DNA of 63,927 bases, filler included, from Vannella sp. (lineage: Eukaryota): the NCBI GenBank assembly GCA_023345925.1. It is 11 parts of 11 records of this genome, joined end to end, with 100 filler letters (N's around TTAATTAATTAA, not from the genome) between each part and the next. Parts side by side here need not be neighbours in the genome. Positions count along the whole stretch, not along the records: positions 36,259 to 43,413 come from JAJQQN010000997.1; positions 43,514 to 49,033 come from JAJQQN010000331.1; positions 49,134 to 53,914 come from JAJQQN010001020.1; positions 54,015 to 59,149 come from JAJQQN010000727.1; 7 more parts are not named here. One strand, given 5' to 3'. The position numbers and the translations under genes were made by a program. Positions 42,275 to 58,200 of the stretch are shown here, piece by piece (position 1 is the stretch's first letter; every line of letters starts with the position of its first letter). Under the pieces are notes generated by a model. That model saw only the letters and a list, made by a program, of their open reading frames with translations. It had not been told where the DNA came from and made no database searches.

Positions 42275-43111
42275 ATGGACAGAGAGTTGGAGCGCCGCCT
42301 GCCTGCCCGCGTGTATGACGCAGTCGACAATGCGCTGTCTACAGTATGGTTGCTCATGGGAAAGAAGCTTTCCTTGGACTCTCACCCAGATCCCCGTGCG
42401 GGTCGCACGGACATGGGGACCACCTACGAAGACTTCCATCTCTTTTGGCCGATTCGCCCGCGAACTTGGCTTGCGTTCCCTGAGGCTTCTAGTCAGTCTT
42501 TTAAATACCTTTCTAGAGACCATCTCCTTCTCAAGGAGGAGCAATCTGCCTTCGTCCGCAATGACAACGCCGCTTTCGCTGGTCAACAGCTGGGAGTCAG
42601 CCCTGCGCAAGTGTATGCCAACCAAGTGTACTCCACAGTTCAAAGGAGACTTGCTCCTGTGTATGAAGCTGATGTAGATCTCTACAGCCCCATGAATGCT
42701 CGCACACCGTATACTTTGGGTCTTTCTGACCCCAAGCTCGCAGAGTTCTGGGACGACCACCTTGTTGATCGCGATGTTGGAGATCGTGTTCGCCATGTGC
42801 GCCAGGTCGCGACACTAGCATCCCTTGGTCTAGCTGCATTCACGACCTTCAAGCTGTGGACCCCAGCAACTCGCATCTTGGCCATCCCGATCGGAGTGGC
42901 CACTGGTTACCTTGGTGCAATTAGCGCTGTTTCTATCATGCAGCCACTGACGGGAACTGAGGGTCTAAACCGCAAGCTTTGGGAGAGCCGCGTCACCGAC
43001 GGAATATCTCTCTATCAGAAGCAGTCTGGCTCTGATTTGGAGGTCGAAAAGGATCTTATTGATCTCTCCTACTTTCATCCCTTTGCCAATCCTTTCATTA
43101 CACACGTGTAG
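42275..43111 (+). CDS. Hypothetical membrane protein (two C-terminal TM segments)
   Basis: Intronless 278-aa ORF divergent from METTL13, with a hydrophobic hairpin near the C-terminus. Confidence 0.65.
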   Translation: MDRELERRLPARVYDAVDNALSTVWLLMGKKLSLDSHPDPRAGRTDMGTTYEDFHLFWPIRPRTWLAFPEASSQSFKYLSRDHLLLKEEQSAFVRNDNAAFAGQQLGVSPAQVYANQVYSTVQRRLAPVYEADVDLYSPMNARTPYTLGLSDPKLAEFWDDHLVDRDVGDRVRHVRQVATLASLGLAAFTTFKLWTPATRILAIPIGVATGYLGAISAVSIMQPLTGTEGLNRKLWESRVTDGISLYQKQSGSDLEVEKDLIDLSYFHPFANPFITHV

Positions 43112-43413
43112 TTCGTTGCACTAGAACCAAATACACCCAATTGACCCATACGCATCGCGAATTCGGTTGGATTCAAAGTCCCAATGGTCTACACCAGATA
43201 ACCATTCTGGAGGGACGCGCTTCACTACAAAAAAGGTGCGATTCATCGAAGAATCCCTCTGAAGAGCTTTCACTGGAGCTGCTTCCCTGTTTGAGAAAAT
43301 CCACGTGTGAAGAAACAGGGGGGCAGAACTCGTATTTGCGTAGCTTGCCCTGATGACCTCCATCTCTTCAGGATAAGCTTTTGGACTGATTTCATTTTTT
43401 TACTTTTTGGATG

Positions 43414-43513
43414 NNNNNNNNNNNNNNNNNNNNNNNNNNNNNNNNNNNNNNNNNNNNTTAATTAATTAANNNNNNNNNNNNNNNNNNNNNNNNNNNNNNN
43501 NNNNNNNNNNNNN
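43414..43513. other. Artificial contig spacer
   Basis: 44 N + TTAATTAATTAA + 44 N. Confidence 0.98.
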
Positions 43514-43560
43514 ATAATGTTGAATTGTTACACTCATGGGCGTCTCTGATTGGACAAAGT

Positions 43561-43572
43561 GGTCACGTGACC
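43561..43572. promoter_or_regulatory. Perfect palindromic E-box GGTCACGTGACC next to an inverted CCAAT box
   Basis: 12-bp palindrome about 145 bp upstream of ATG 43716, with CTGATTGG just 5' of it. Confidence 0.45.
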
Positions 43573-43715
43573 TCTTCTTGAAGAAATCCTCTTTCGGAAC
43601 CATCATTCAATGTTTCTACGATCAAAAGAAAGAGAGATTGCAGAAGTAGGAATGCCAATGTCCAATTTTTCTTGTGCAAGATTAGGAATTTCCATTTTTC
43701 GGGGACCGCTGGTGG

Positions 43716-44702
43716 ATGGCGGGGTCGGGACATGCAGCGTACTCATACCCTGCCCCTTACTCCAACGGCCCGTTTATTTCGCGTGCAAACTCCAGTTTCC
43801 GTTCGCATGATGCTTCCCCTTATCCAGGAATGAGTCCATTTGGGGCCCCTGGTTCCCCGTTGGTTCCCTCCAACTCTCCCACCTTTCGAGAACACAGCCA
43901 AATGGGCCAATCTCCCACTCGTATTCGCTCCAGCACTCACAACCCTCAACCCTACTACCACAATCCTGTCTCGGAGCCGATCACCACTATTGTTACCGAG
44001 TCCAATCGCTCTCGCTCTTCTTCTTGGCCTCGCCCTCCTCCACCTGAACTCCTCCTTAGTCAACCTTCTCCTCCAAACGGACCAACGCAAGCCCACCGCA
44101 CTCGTTCCTCGGGAACTCGTTCGCGCCCTGGTACTCCCCCTCGCAAGGCTTCCGACTCCCCTGCAACGCGCAAGAAGAGAAAGCGTCTCAACCCTCAAAG
44201 GCGCTCCTTCTACAAGTCCCTTCACAGTGATTTCCCCACCATCGCCGACGCCTTGAGAGATGCGCGTCAAGGCGTTGATGTCATTCAAACCCTGAAGGAC
44301 CGAGAGATACTCTTCTCCACCATTGAAGCACGTCCACCGCAAGATCCCACGAACCTCAACGTAAGGCGGTACAACGATATGGTCTTCATTTGGGATCCCA
44401 GCATGGAGTCCTGGCTTCAGGTTCCAGGCAATGGCAGGATACCTGACTTAGAAGCCAGTGGTGCCTTCTTTGGAGCAAGCGAGAGCGAGCAGAACGCGCC
44501 TGACTTCCCTTTACAGATGCTTTCTGCCTCCGAGCAAGGAGACGAAGGACCATTCCGCTTACCCGAGACGGGATACATCTTTGACCGCTCTTTCATGACT
44601 GAATCAGACACTTCCGAAGACGAAGAACTCCAACAGCGAGCCCAACGATCCCGTAGCATGAACGACTTCCTCCCCACCGACCTCCTCAACGACTTTATGT
44701 AA
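43716..44702 (+). CDS. Hypothetical Pro/Ser-rich protein with basic NLS-like stretch
   Basis: 328-aa ORF with a disordered N-half, RKKRKR and a short globular segment. Confidence 0.7.
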   Translation: MAGSGHAAYSYPAPYSNGPFISRANSSFRSHDASPYPGMSPFGAPGSPLVPSNSPTFREHSQMGQSPTRIRSSTHNPQPYYHNPVSEPITTIVTESNRSRSSSWPRPPPPELLLSQPSPPNGPTQAHRTRSSGTRSRPGTPPRKASDSPATRKKRKRLNPQRRSFYKSLHSDFPTIADALRDARQGVDVIQTLKDREILFSTIEARPPQDPTNLNVRRYNDMVFIWDPSMESWLQVPGNGRIPDLEASGAFFGASESEQNAPDFPLQMLSASEQGDEGPFRLPETGYIFDRSFMTESDTSEDEELQQRAQRSRSMNDFLPTDLLNDFM

Positions 44703-44804
44703 GATCACGCCTGGCAGTGTCGAGGGTCCTACATTATTATTGATATATAAATTGGTGCCATTTCGAGTCCTTTCTTCTTCATCAGCCTTTGCCCGCCGAG
44801 GGCG

Positions 44805-48746
<3,942 letters not shown>

Positions 48747-48941
48747 ATAAATAACACTGATTGCTTAGAACAGCACTCCAGTATGTCTCTCATCAGAACA
48801 GGGAGAGAAGAAGTGTGGTTTCCCAAAGGCATAAGCAAAAGGAATGAGCCCAATAAAACTGGGAACATACGTAAGATTTTAGACCTTTTGAAGGAGCACA
48901 TAATTAATTTGGAGCATTTCCCCTCATTATTAGTTCGTTGG

Positions 48942-49033
48942 ATGGGGAATGACGGAGGAAGCATCCCTCGTCGCGAGGAGCTTGTGAAGTTGAAGAAAAA
49001 GAAGGTGCAAGTGGAGAAGGGGGAGCAAAACCG
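48942..49033 (+). CDS. RTF2: Replication termination factor 2, 5' fragment
   Basis: MGNDGGSIPRREELVK matches the Rtf2 N-terminal signature. Confidence 0.8.
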
Positions 49034-49133
49034 NNNNNNNNNNNNNNNNNNNNNNNNNNNNNNNNNNNNNNNNNNNNTTAATTAATTAANNNNNNNNNNN
49101 NNNNNNNNNNNNNNNNNNNNNNNNNNNNNNNNN
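49034..49133. other. Artificial contig spacer
   Basis: 44 N + TTAATTAATTAA + 44 N. Confidence 0.98.
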
Positions 49134-50219
49134 CATCTCAATAGCTCATCTACGGAAGTTTCTCTCCGGCCAACCACCTTCCCATTCACAAGAATCTCCA
49201 ATCGAATGCACTTTGCTTCAGGTTCGCCATCACAAAGCTCTCGAAGATTCATCTTGAGCAGATCCCAAATCTAGAGCCAAATTCGTCTGCAACTTCATGG
49301 CCAATCCTTCCCGAATAGCTTACTGGATTCGAACAATCTACCGGACGAGTCTGAGTGACTATTTCCCATCCGTTTGTTGCTCCAGTGCTCGAGCTCATAC
49401 GTAGAACGGAGTCTAGTTTCTGTGGATGTGAGCTCATCTATCCGGATAGCCCTTCCTGCCACTCACGTTGATTGGAGAAGATCTCAGAGGAGGGCAAGTT
49501 CTTTGCTCGGAACTGCAATCTGATGCACGACTTTAAGTACAGGTTGTCCAAACAAAGTAGAAACCGCACTTACGATAAACTGTAGCGATCAAGGCTTGTG
49601 TCTGAAGCGAGAACGGCCATCTTCCCCACAGAAATGCCATTTCTCTTCAATGTCTTCTTCAGAGACTGATTGGGCGATGTCACAACATCAGGAAACTCAA
49701 TCTCAATGCTTCCAAACTCGAATAAGTTCGGTAAGATGTCCAAAGGACGAGCCTGGAAGGCAAACGGCTGGAGCCGAAGCAAATTGAGGGGTACTTGCTC
49801 TTCTAGTAGCTCGCTAAGCCTCCTATTCTCTTCCTGGAGGTTCTTTGTATGTTGATAGAGTACCAACTTGAGTTTCAAAACCTCTTGGAAGCGGTAGTAG
49901 AGAGGAAATCCCTTCTCGAACATCATAAACTCTCCTGCTCTATCCCCTGATCATCAGAGAGTACGAAGAGGCTCGTATATGACGTACTGGACTGACTCAG
50001 TGACTGAAACAGGGTACCACGTGGTTCTATCGCCTTCTACACGCGGAAGGAACAACAAACACTGAAAGGAGGAGAGCAACTCCTCTCCAGAGACCTCCAG
50101 CTCGAACCTTTCCCTCCATCAACTCCCCATCCTAATCCTAAGCCTTCCTCCTACACCGAAAGAGAGATCTGAAGCCTCCACGGCAAACAACGACTTGCCA
50201 ATGGAGACTCGTGGCTCAT
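49134..50219 (-). CDS. Divergent copine-like tandem C2 protein (3' truncated; start uncertain)
   Basis: Spliced segments FELEVSGEEL, FEKGFPLYYRFQEVLKLKLVLY, LQFRAKNL and WEIVTQT..NPIWDLLKMNLRELCDG. Confidence 0.6.
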
Positions 50220-50302
50220 CAAAGCGGTCTGCCAGCAAATAGACTGGAAGGAATCGCTTCTTCTTTCACTGAAGTAGTCTCGACAAGTACTTGGTGACTA
50301 GT

Positions 50303-51477
50303 TTAGGGACTAGATGCTGCTGAATGACACGAGGGAGAAGTTGATGCTTCAAGAGAGTTGGGAGCGGGTTTGGCCACTTCCTGGAGGAAAGAAGAAATGA
50401 TTGGGATGACGCTTTGAGGTGTTTCAAAGTGAGGAATGTGCCCGCATTGCTGGATGACGTGAAGGTCGACTTGGAAGCCAATTTCCTCAAGGCGTTGGGC
50501 CGTTTCAACGTGCTCCTTTGAAGGAGAGACTCTATCTTCCTTCCCTCTGCGTCACATAAGAGCCTAGTTATTGCTGATGAAGCCAAAGGGGGCTTACGAG
50601 AGAATAAGGAATCTAAACCCGTTTGTGAGGAGCTCTGGAATCTCTGGAAAGTCTTTCAGCACGTCTGTAGCAACAGACGCTGCAGTGAACTCGTTAAGGG
50701 CATCGTCCCATCGCTCTACCTGAAAAGTCAGATCTTGATTCAATAACGCATCCGGCCTTTCTGTGATCTACTCTCCCCATTAGCGCTGTACCCTCTCCCT
50801 GATATCCTCACGATAGACCCAAGATCAAACACTGACTTGTCAAGAAGTGAGCGATAGTAACGCTTCATCAGCCGGAGCATCCAGGAAGTGGCCCACGGAT
50901 AGGACTTGGCCAGATACTTGACAAAGCTTGGAGGAGCTCCCGCTTGAGTTGGAGCGTCCTCTGCAATGAGAGCAAGCCCGTGTTGATGGAAGTAAGTGCT
51001 GGTTGCTGTCGTTTGGAGACCAAAAGTGCCTCCCGCGCTATGTCCATACAGGACGATGAAGCGGTCCTCTTGGTTGGGAGGAGCATAGCGCTGACAAAGC
51101 TCTTCGAGTAGCCGGAGAGAGAAGGCTGTTGTGTACGGGTTGGCGCCAAGAGGTGAGTCCTCCCAAGAGCCTTCGGTAAACTCTCTGGCTGTAAGCCCGA
51201 AGGCCGGGCGATCATACGCTATCACTCGCAAGAAGATAGAGCTGTCTGATTCGACTTGTCGCTTGATCTGCTCGCGTACGGTCACGAAGGACTCCAAACT
51301 CGCCAAGAAGCCGTGCATGCACACCAAAAGCACGCATCTCGCCCCTTCAGGAGCCCTCTCCCACGACCCATCACTATCCCACACATGTACTCTAAGACCT
51401 AGCACCTCTTGGAAGCTGTGATACTGCGACAGAACCTCAGAAGACATCAAAGGGAGCGCGCCAGAGAGAAATGACAT
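50303..51477 (-). CDS. Alpha/beta-fold hydrolase; 2 introns
   Basis: HGF oxyanion motif, YDRPAFGLT, GHSAGG nucleophile, GKEDRV acid, CGHIPH His. Confidence 0.88.
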
Positions 51478-51557
51478 CCACGGACACACACAGGGTCCCG
51501 TATGAAGGTTGGTGAAGTGTTTGGGAGGTGTTCAGCAGCTGTGATTGGCCATTCAGG

Positions 51558-52716
51558 ATGGGAACCGTCCGTGTGGGAGTGTTGGCCTCTTTGAGCAAAG
51601 GGACGGGAAACCAGGCTACAGCGGAGAGGATCGCGAGATTTCTGGAGGAGGGAGGTTACCAGTGCCTTTTAGTGGACTTAGAGCACTTCAGAAGGGAGCA
51701 GGACTTCCTCAGCTGGGAGAGGGAACAAAGTGAACCCATTCAGGTTTGGCTTGGCATTCATGCTTGGCGTGCAGGTCGATTCCTCATCAGTGGAGGGATT
51801 GAAAGAACATACTCTATCGTCTACGGTGGTACAGATCTGAACGAGTACCCATCCGAAGCCTCCAAGCTGGAATTGATGAAGCGGGTGTGCGCTCAAGCTC
51901 GTTTTCTCGTTTGCTTCTCAACAGAGATGAGTGAAAAGGCTTCTGAAGTAGGTGGTACATCTATTCTTGTCGCTGTATTCTTATGGGTTGCGCTAGCTGT
52001 TCGGAGATGAAGTTAGACCGCAACTGAAAACGATTCCACCCTCCATCGTCCCTCCTGACATCGCCAAAGCGCGACAAGCTCTACAGGAGTATCTTAAATG
52101 CGTACCTGGGACCTTACCAACGTTCAAGAGCCACCTCGGGCTCGGGGATAACGACCTCCTCTACATTCTCCCTTGCGGCATTCGCCCTGTCAAAGATCCT
52201 TGCTTTCTCATCCAATCCTTCCTCCACCAAGCCCAAAGTGATGTAAATCATCGACATCTCCTCATTGTAGGGCCTGTTCTCGATGAAGAGTGCTTGAAGG
52301 ACGTAATGAGACAAATTGGGACTTCTCGAAACGTCATTTTGCACAGAAACCTCTCCCAGGACATCCTCTTTGGAGCAATGATGGAAGCAGAAGCAATAGT
52401 GAATAGCTCTCTGAGCGAAGGGCTTTCAAATGTGCTTCTGGAGACGATGCTACTTCGAGTTCCCATCCTGGCTCGGGATATTGAAGGCAATCGCTCCATT
52501 ATTAGTCAAGGAGAGACTGGCCTCCTATTTGACTCACCCACGAACTTTCATCAGCATGCTGAACGACTGTCTGATGATTCAGCCTTGAGAGAGTCTCTCA
52601 TTGAGAATGCTTGGACTTTTGTTTCAACTCGCCACAGCCCCAAAAGCGAACGAGAAGCTTATCAAGCTCTATTCCATCCTCAAGCAAGCCATCCAAGTCG
52701 GAATAGACCCCTTTAA
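51558..52716 (+). CDS. GT-B glycosyltransferase, GLT1D1-like; 1 intron
   Basis: GNQATAERI, GIHAWRAG, YGGTDLNE, CGIRPVKDP, NSSLSEGLSNVLLE, ARDIEGN. Confidence 0.85.
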
Positions 52717-52890
52717 GTGACTTCCTGACTCTCCAAAAAGGTGCAAAGGCCAGAGGAGCGAGAAAAGGGAAATATCCTCATTTAAGGAGAATCATTGCGA
52801 GAGAGTGAAGTGGAAGCCAATGAAGAGTCATTTCTGTCATCAGAGGTGCTCGGGAGGGGAGAGGAGGAGAGAGGGGAAGGAGGGAATGAA

Positions 52891-53856
52891 TTAGAGGTCG
52901 TGTTCGTCCTCTCCATATTCATCAAACTCGTTCTCTTCTCCTTGGATGTCAAGAGGAGCATAGGAGCCGGGGTCTGAGAGGAGTTTCTTTGCTCGGGTGA
53001 GAGTGTGGCCCAAGCCGAGGGTCAAAAGAACGACAGAGAACGCGCAGATCAAGGCGAAGACCATCCAATGCAGCATTTGAGAGTCGTACAACATGAACAT
53101 GACAGCAAGGAAGCCCATAAACACCGCATGGAACACCAACGGAGGCACCAACACCTGCCACCAGCGAATAGCTTCCTGTCCAGCCTCGGGGAAGTGCTGT
53201 TTGGTGAAGTTAAGACCAATCCAAAGGCCAGCAACGATCTGCATGGTCGAGATCAATAGCGTCTCCACCGCAAAGTAAGCAATCAGCACTTCCGACTTCT
53301 CCGTCGATGCGAACACTCGCAGAAGACGCCACGTCCCGCTTACGATGACGAACCCCAGACTTGCTGATATGGCATACATCACAGTACCATAGCGAGATGG
53401 CAGTGGCTCGCGCGAAGCAATCAGATAGAGAAGGCAGAACTTGAAGACCTCTTCAGGGATGGCTCCAAGGACGGTGGCTTCAGAGAGTGTGTAACCAATG
53501 ACCAGAGACAACAGGAATGTATAGCTGGACGTATCACTGATCTCTGTGATGACATCGGACATCGCAAGTACCGCTCCCCACTGCAAGAGGCAGAGCAGGC
53601 CGCCCAGAACACAGGCGCTCGCGATGACCTGGAGAAGTCTCTTTGAAGGAGCTGCCCTGCGCATGGGTGCGTACGAGAGGAAGAGAAGCCAACCCCAAAA
53701 GGCAGGAACGCCCAAGAAGGGTACCGTGTAATAGAGCGTGTTTCGGTCTCCCACCACACCAAAGATCATTACAAACACCTCCACACCAACAATCAAGCCA
53801 AACAGAGCCATCCCAGACAGTATCGTCGGCTGACGGCTCCTGAGCATCTCCTTCAT
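52891..53856 (-). CDS. PrsW-family intramembrane protease-like protein (possibly 5' truncated)
   Basis: About 9 TM segments, GAIPEEVFKF (EExxK), SLGF and FHAVF. Confidence 0.65.
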   Translation of the reverse strand: MKEMLRSRQPTILSGMALFGLIVGVEVFVMIFGVVGDRNTLYYTVPFLGVPAFWGWLLFLSYAPMRRAAPSKRLLQVIASACVLGGLLCLLQWGAVLAMSDVITEISDTSSYTFLLSLVIGYTLSEATVLGAIPEEVFKFCLLYLIASREPLPSRYGTVMYAISASLGFVIVSGTWRLLRVFASTEKSEVLIAYFAVETLLISTMQIVAGLWIGLNFTKQHFPEAGQEAIRWWQVLVPPLVFHAVFMGFLAVMFMLYDSQMLHWMVFALICAFSVVLLTLGLGHTLTRAKKLLSDPGSYAPLDIQGEENEFDEYGEDEHDL

Positions 53857-53914
53857 CAGAGGAAGTTCGCCCGTCGGAGCAACTCGCCCACAAACAACGA
53901 TCCTTGCAATTTCC

Positions 53915-54014
53915 NNNNNNNNNNNNNNNNNNNNNNNNNNNNNNNNNNNNNNNNNNNNTTAATTAATTAANNNNNNNNNNNNNNNNNNNNNNNNNNNNNN
54001 NNNNNNNNNNNNNN
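53915..54014. other. Artificial contig spacer
   Basis: 44 N + TTAATTAATTAA + 44 N. Confidence 0.98.
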
Positions 54015-54977
54015 ATTGGATCCTGGCTACAAGGGACGATGTTTGCCAAGTCAGAGCAGTTCGTCATTGAGAGAGGAGGCCCAACACCCGAACTGACCCG
54101 GATTTACCCCGCTTTGGTGAATTCCTTTACGGGCTTGGATTGGAACATTCCGCTCCCTCCTCATGTGCGTTACGTTGGTCCAGTGAACTTGGAGGAGATT
54201 GAAGCGAAGATGCTCGTGGCTCACTCCAAACGACATTCTGGCAATTTGACTGGTTTGGAGCGCTATTTGGAGGAGAATGAGAGGATTGTTGTTGTCTCTT
54301 TTGGTAAGAGCGTTGAGCTCTCTATGGGACAGATAGAGGCCATTCTGGGCTTTGCAAGGTTGGCTTCGCATGTCCAAGTTCTTTGGACTTTGCGGGAAAG
54401 GCATTTGCCGATGCTTCCGGATGTGGCTGAATGGCCATCTAATCTGCGGGTGGAGACGTGGGTGGACTTGATTGCCGTTTTAGCGCATCCGAATACGGTC
54501 GTGTTGATCTCACAGTGCGGAGTTGGCACTGCTCATGAGGCCATTCTCACCCAAACCCCTCTCCTTTGCGTGCCATTCTTGTTTGACCAGTTTGATATTG
54601 GTATATTAGTGGAATATCATCGTCTTGGCGAGGTTCTGCACAAGGAGTATCTAGAACCCGCATCTCTCACAGAAAAGATCGACTTTATGTTACAGAAACA
54701 GTCGCAGTATCAGCAAGGAGCCTTGTTGATGAGGAAGTTAGCTCGAAGGAAGCCTTCCATGGAGCAAGTGGGCGACTGGGTCCAGTTCATAGCGGAGGAA
54801 GGTCCAGAATGGGTGTTGCCCCCAATTCCAACGCACAACCTCCTCTTCTGGCACTACCATGAGGCGTTCTATTTGAGCGCCCTTCTCCTTTTTATGAGTG
54901 CCATTGGATGTACAGTGTGTTGCACAAGGTCCTTCTGCTCTAAACAAAGACAGACTCACAAAGCCAAAGTAGAATAG
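54015..54977 (+). CDS. UDP-glycosyltransferase (GT1, UGT-type), 5' truncated
   Basis: YVGP, VVSFG, signature WVDLIAVLAHP..SQCGVGTAHEAI..PLLCVPFLFDQ, C-terminal TM and KAKVE tail. Confidence 0.9.
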   Translation: MGSWLQGTMFAKSEQFVIERGGPTPELTRIYPALVNSFTGLDWNIPLPPHVRYVGPVNLEEIEAKMLVAHSKRHSGNLTGLERYLEENERIVVVSFGKSVELSMGQIEAILGFARLASHVQVLWTLRERHLPMLPDVAEWPSNLRVETWVDLIAVLAHPNTVVLISQCGVGTAHEAILTQTPLLCVPFLFDQFDIGILVEYHRLGEVLHKEYLEPASLTEKIDFMLQKQSQYQQGALLMRKLARRKPSMEQVGDWVQFIAEEGPEWVLPPIPTHNLLFWHYHEAFYLSALLLFMSAIGCTVCCTRSFCSKQRQTHKAKVE

Positions 54978-55288
54978 ATTCTTTTTCGAATAAAACCAAT
55001 AGAACCGATCTTCTGCAACTGGACCGGTCACTTTTTCTGGCTGCTTCACCCTGTGATGCGAAGCCTGTTGGTGGGTTCCAAAGCTTCTCTGTAAGCGTGT
55101 ACGGAACCCTGGCTTCTTCTTTGGTTGTCGTTGTAAAGGAATCACCTCGAAAGCGCAAAAAGCGGGACGCCAACGCCACAAACACCAACGCAACACCAAC
55201 GCATTTATTTGGAGGGATTGTGAGCGATTGTTTGGATACCAAAGGGAGAAGGCGTGTTGGAAAGAAGGGAAAGAGTTTATTAGAGTTC

Positions 55289-58200
55289 TCAGATTCTCTC
55301 TACGTAGTTGCCTGGGAAGAGACCTTCCGCACCGTTTAGAATGCCCTTCCACCAGTCACCATCGGCTTCGATGATCTCGATAATGTCTCCCTCGTTGAGG
55401 CAAAGCTCATCAGGCTCAACGGGGTCATACGGGTAAAGTGCTCTGCACTTGGGTTTGGGGGGTGCAGCTGCTACAGGGGCTGGTCCACCTCCACGCCCAC
55501 CACGAGGGGCTGGGCCACCACGAGGCGCGCCACCACGAGGAGCACCACCGCCACCAGGAGGTCCGCCTCGAGGAGCTCCGCCAGGAGCGCCACCAGGGGG
55601 TGCACCGCGAGGGGCACCTCCACCTCTGGGAGGACCACCTCCACCCCTTGGAGCGGCACCGCGACCGCGCATGCCACCAGGAGGGCCACCACGAGGTGCA
55701 CCTCCACCTCTTGGAGGACCACCGCCTCCCACTCCGATGAACTTGAAGCCAGTCTTCTCGAAAGAATTGGGCTTGCTGCTCGAGGGAAGGCCGCCATTGA
55801 TCTGGACCTTGTCCTTCTTGTACAAAGCCTCCTTGACCATATCATCTCGAATGAAGGTAATCTTGTTCTTGGACTTCTTCTTCTTGTAGTAGGAGATTCT
55901 GTTGCACCCAGAGTGAGTACTTATCAAAAAGCCAAGCAAATTGAACACTTACTGAGGAGCAAACTCAAACTGAGTGAGCTGGCCTCGCTCCTTGAGCCAT
56001 CCAAGCAGTTCAGTCTTGAACTCGACCTCCAAAACCACATCAAGGAACTCCAAAGGACACTTGAGGATGACAAAGTTGTCGCAGAAGGGACTCAATGCGC
56101 AGCCAGTAATGCTGGGAACGGCGAGGCGAAGATCGAGTTTGTACTCGGGAACTCCCTTCTTCGTCTGAAGAGAAACCAGGTAAAGAGCAGCGTCTGTGAG
56201 TACAAGGAAGCGAGGCACGGTCTTGTTGGCCTTAAGGAGGCCAGGATGCGCCACCATCATGCTCTTGCATGTGAATACCACTTGCTCTGATGTAAAGGTG
56301 GGGCCAAGAACAGCGCGGAGGGGTGCACGGTTGCTACCACTGAGGTTGAGGTAGTCTCCATAGAACTTACGAACACTAGCCATGCTAAGGCGGTTGCGCT
56401 CCTTATTGTTCACAAGATGGGGCTCAATCTTCATGCGCAAGTCCGAGTAAGGTGCCACGTTCTTGTAGTCACGATAGCACTTCTGAATGATGGTTGCGCA
56501 TTGCTGTTGGAAGGCCTTAAACGCGCGGTACGAGTTCTTGATGCGCGTGCTGCACTCGTGCTTGTGATTCTTCCAAGTGCGGAAGGCGAATTTCACGCGG
56601 GAGATCATATTGTGATAATAGTTCACGCGGAGATCTTCCAAAGCAAAGAGGGACTCAGGGGTACGAATGAAGATCTTGGTGCGCCCAATCTGGTACTGGT
56701 CGCTTCCGAAGGGGCAATCCGCAAGGATGGCCTTGCACCCGCTAAGGGCATCGCCCTTCCAGATGAGCTTGGCAGCGTAGGAAGTTTGGGGTGAGAGCAA
56801 GTAGTAGCGGTTCATGAACTTCTGGAAGACGGTTCGGTAGGCAAAGCCAGCTCGTTTCACCTTGATGTTGTCCAGAAGACCCAAGTAACGGATCTGATGG
56901 AGCACACGAGGTCCATCGAAGACGTCATAACGCTTGTCGTCGTTAGGCTTCATGCAACGGCAGTAATGGGGAGTGGCCTTGGAGAGGGTGGCAACCAGCT
57001 CGTTAGCAGCTGTTCGGATCTTGAATCCAGAAGTAGTTGGTGCCTTCTTAGAGTTGGCGTCTGGACGATCCTCCTCTGGGAAGAGCATGCAGAGGAACTT
57101 GTTCGTCGAGATCTCGATACAGTTGAAGAGATCCTTGGCCATCGTGTCCTTGTTCTTCTCAGCCATGCCGTCGCACTCATAGGTCACGTCTCCGGCGTAA
57201 TGCTTCACGCAGAAAGCGGTACCGCGGAGGTTGAAGTGAGGGTTGGTTGCACATGAGGACAGGCGGTCAGCAAGAGCCTTATCGGCTCCCTTCGCCACAC
57301 CGTGCACTGAACGGCACACGTCGTCAAGAACCAGGAAGATGCCTGGAGGCTTCTTGCCTTCAATCAGTTCGCACACAATCTTGTTGTTGAAGAACTCAAT
57401 GGGAGTCCAGTGAATACCTTCGGCCACGTACTCCTCCTGCTCAAGGCGAAGGGTAAACTCAATGAAGATCTGCTGGAGCTTCTCATTGACGTAGTTGATG
57501 CAGAACTGCTCGAACACGTTCTTCTGGAACACCTCGAACCCGTAAATATCGAGCACACCGATGGATAGAGTGTCCTTCTCATTGAAGTTCAAGGCCTTGT
57601 TGACTCGGTCAACAAGCCAATCGAACAAGTTACTGTAGATAGCCTTGGACAAGGCGTCACGAGTAGCACAAGCTTGGATGTAGTTGAGGGGCACCTTGTA
57701 GGTGGTACCGCGGGCCATTCCGTGTTTGGTCTCCATCTCTCGGATCTCCAAGGCTGTCTTCAAGAAGCTGGCGGGAATGCCCAAAAGACTAGACACAAAC
57801 TCAAGCACAGCCATATCAGACACAGTAGCGCGTTCGCCTGACTCTGTGAAATCAACGTTTCCCAGCCAAAGGATGGACGCGACAAGGCGGAAGATGTCAT
57901 ATTGCTCCTCCTTGTTGATACCAATGATGCTCATCGCGTCCTACACAGTCGTCAGAGGAACTCCCAAACGGTATGACAAGAGGACAGCTTACTCTCATCT
58001 CCTTGTAGTCCGACACATCATCAATCACATCAACAGAGACGCAGTTACCCTTCACGAGGTAATCAAACGAGGAAGCGTCGTGAAGACCAAAGTCGCGGCG
58101 CTCGTCTCCGGTTGCTCCAATGCAGAACTGGTAGAAGATGTGGAAGTTTCGCTCTCCATCCAGCTGGGTAACAACTCGAGACTTCTCTAGAAGGTAGTTG

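Noticed and set aside
51558..52716. SenB-like selenosugar synthase, linked to the TGA-RING observation
   Set aside because: Motifs fit the eukaryotic GLT1D1 group, no SenA/SenC genes are nearby and the two loci are on different contigs.
55438..55889. Long antisense Gly/Pro-rich ORFs opposite the myosin tail (similar shadows at 6105, 43743 and 62190)
   Set aside because: These are shadow ORFs caused by GC-rich low-complexity codons.
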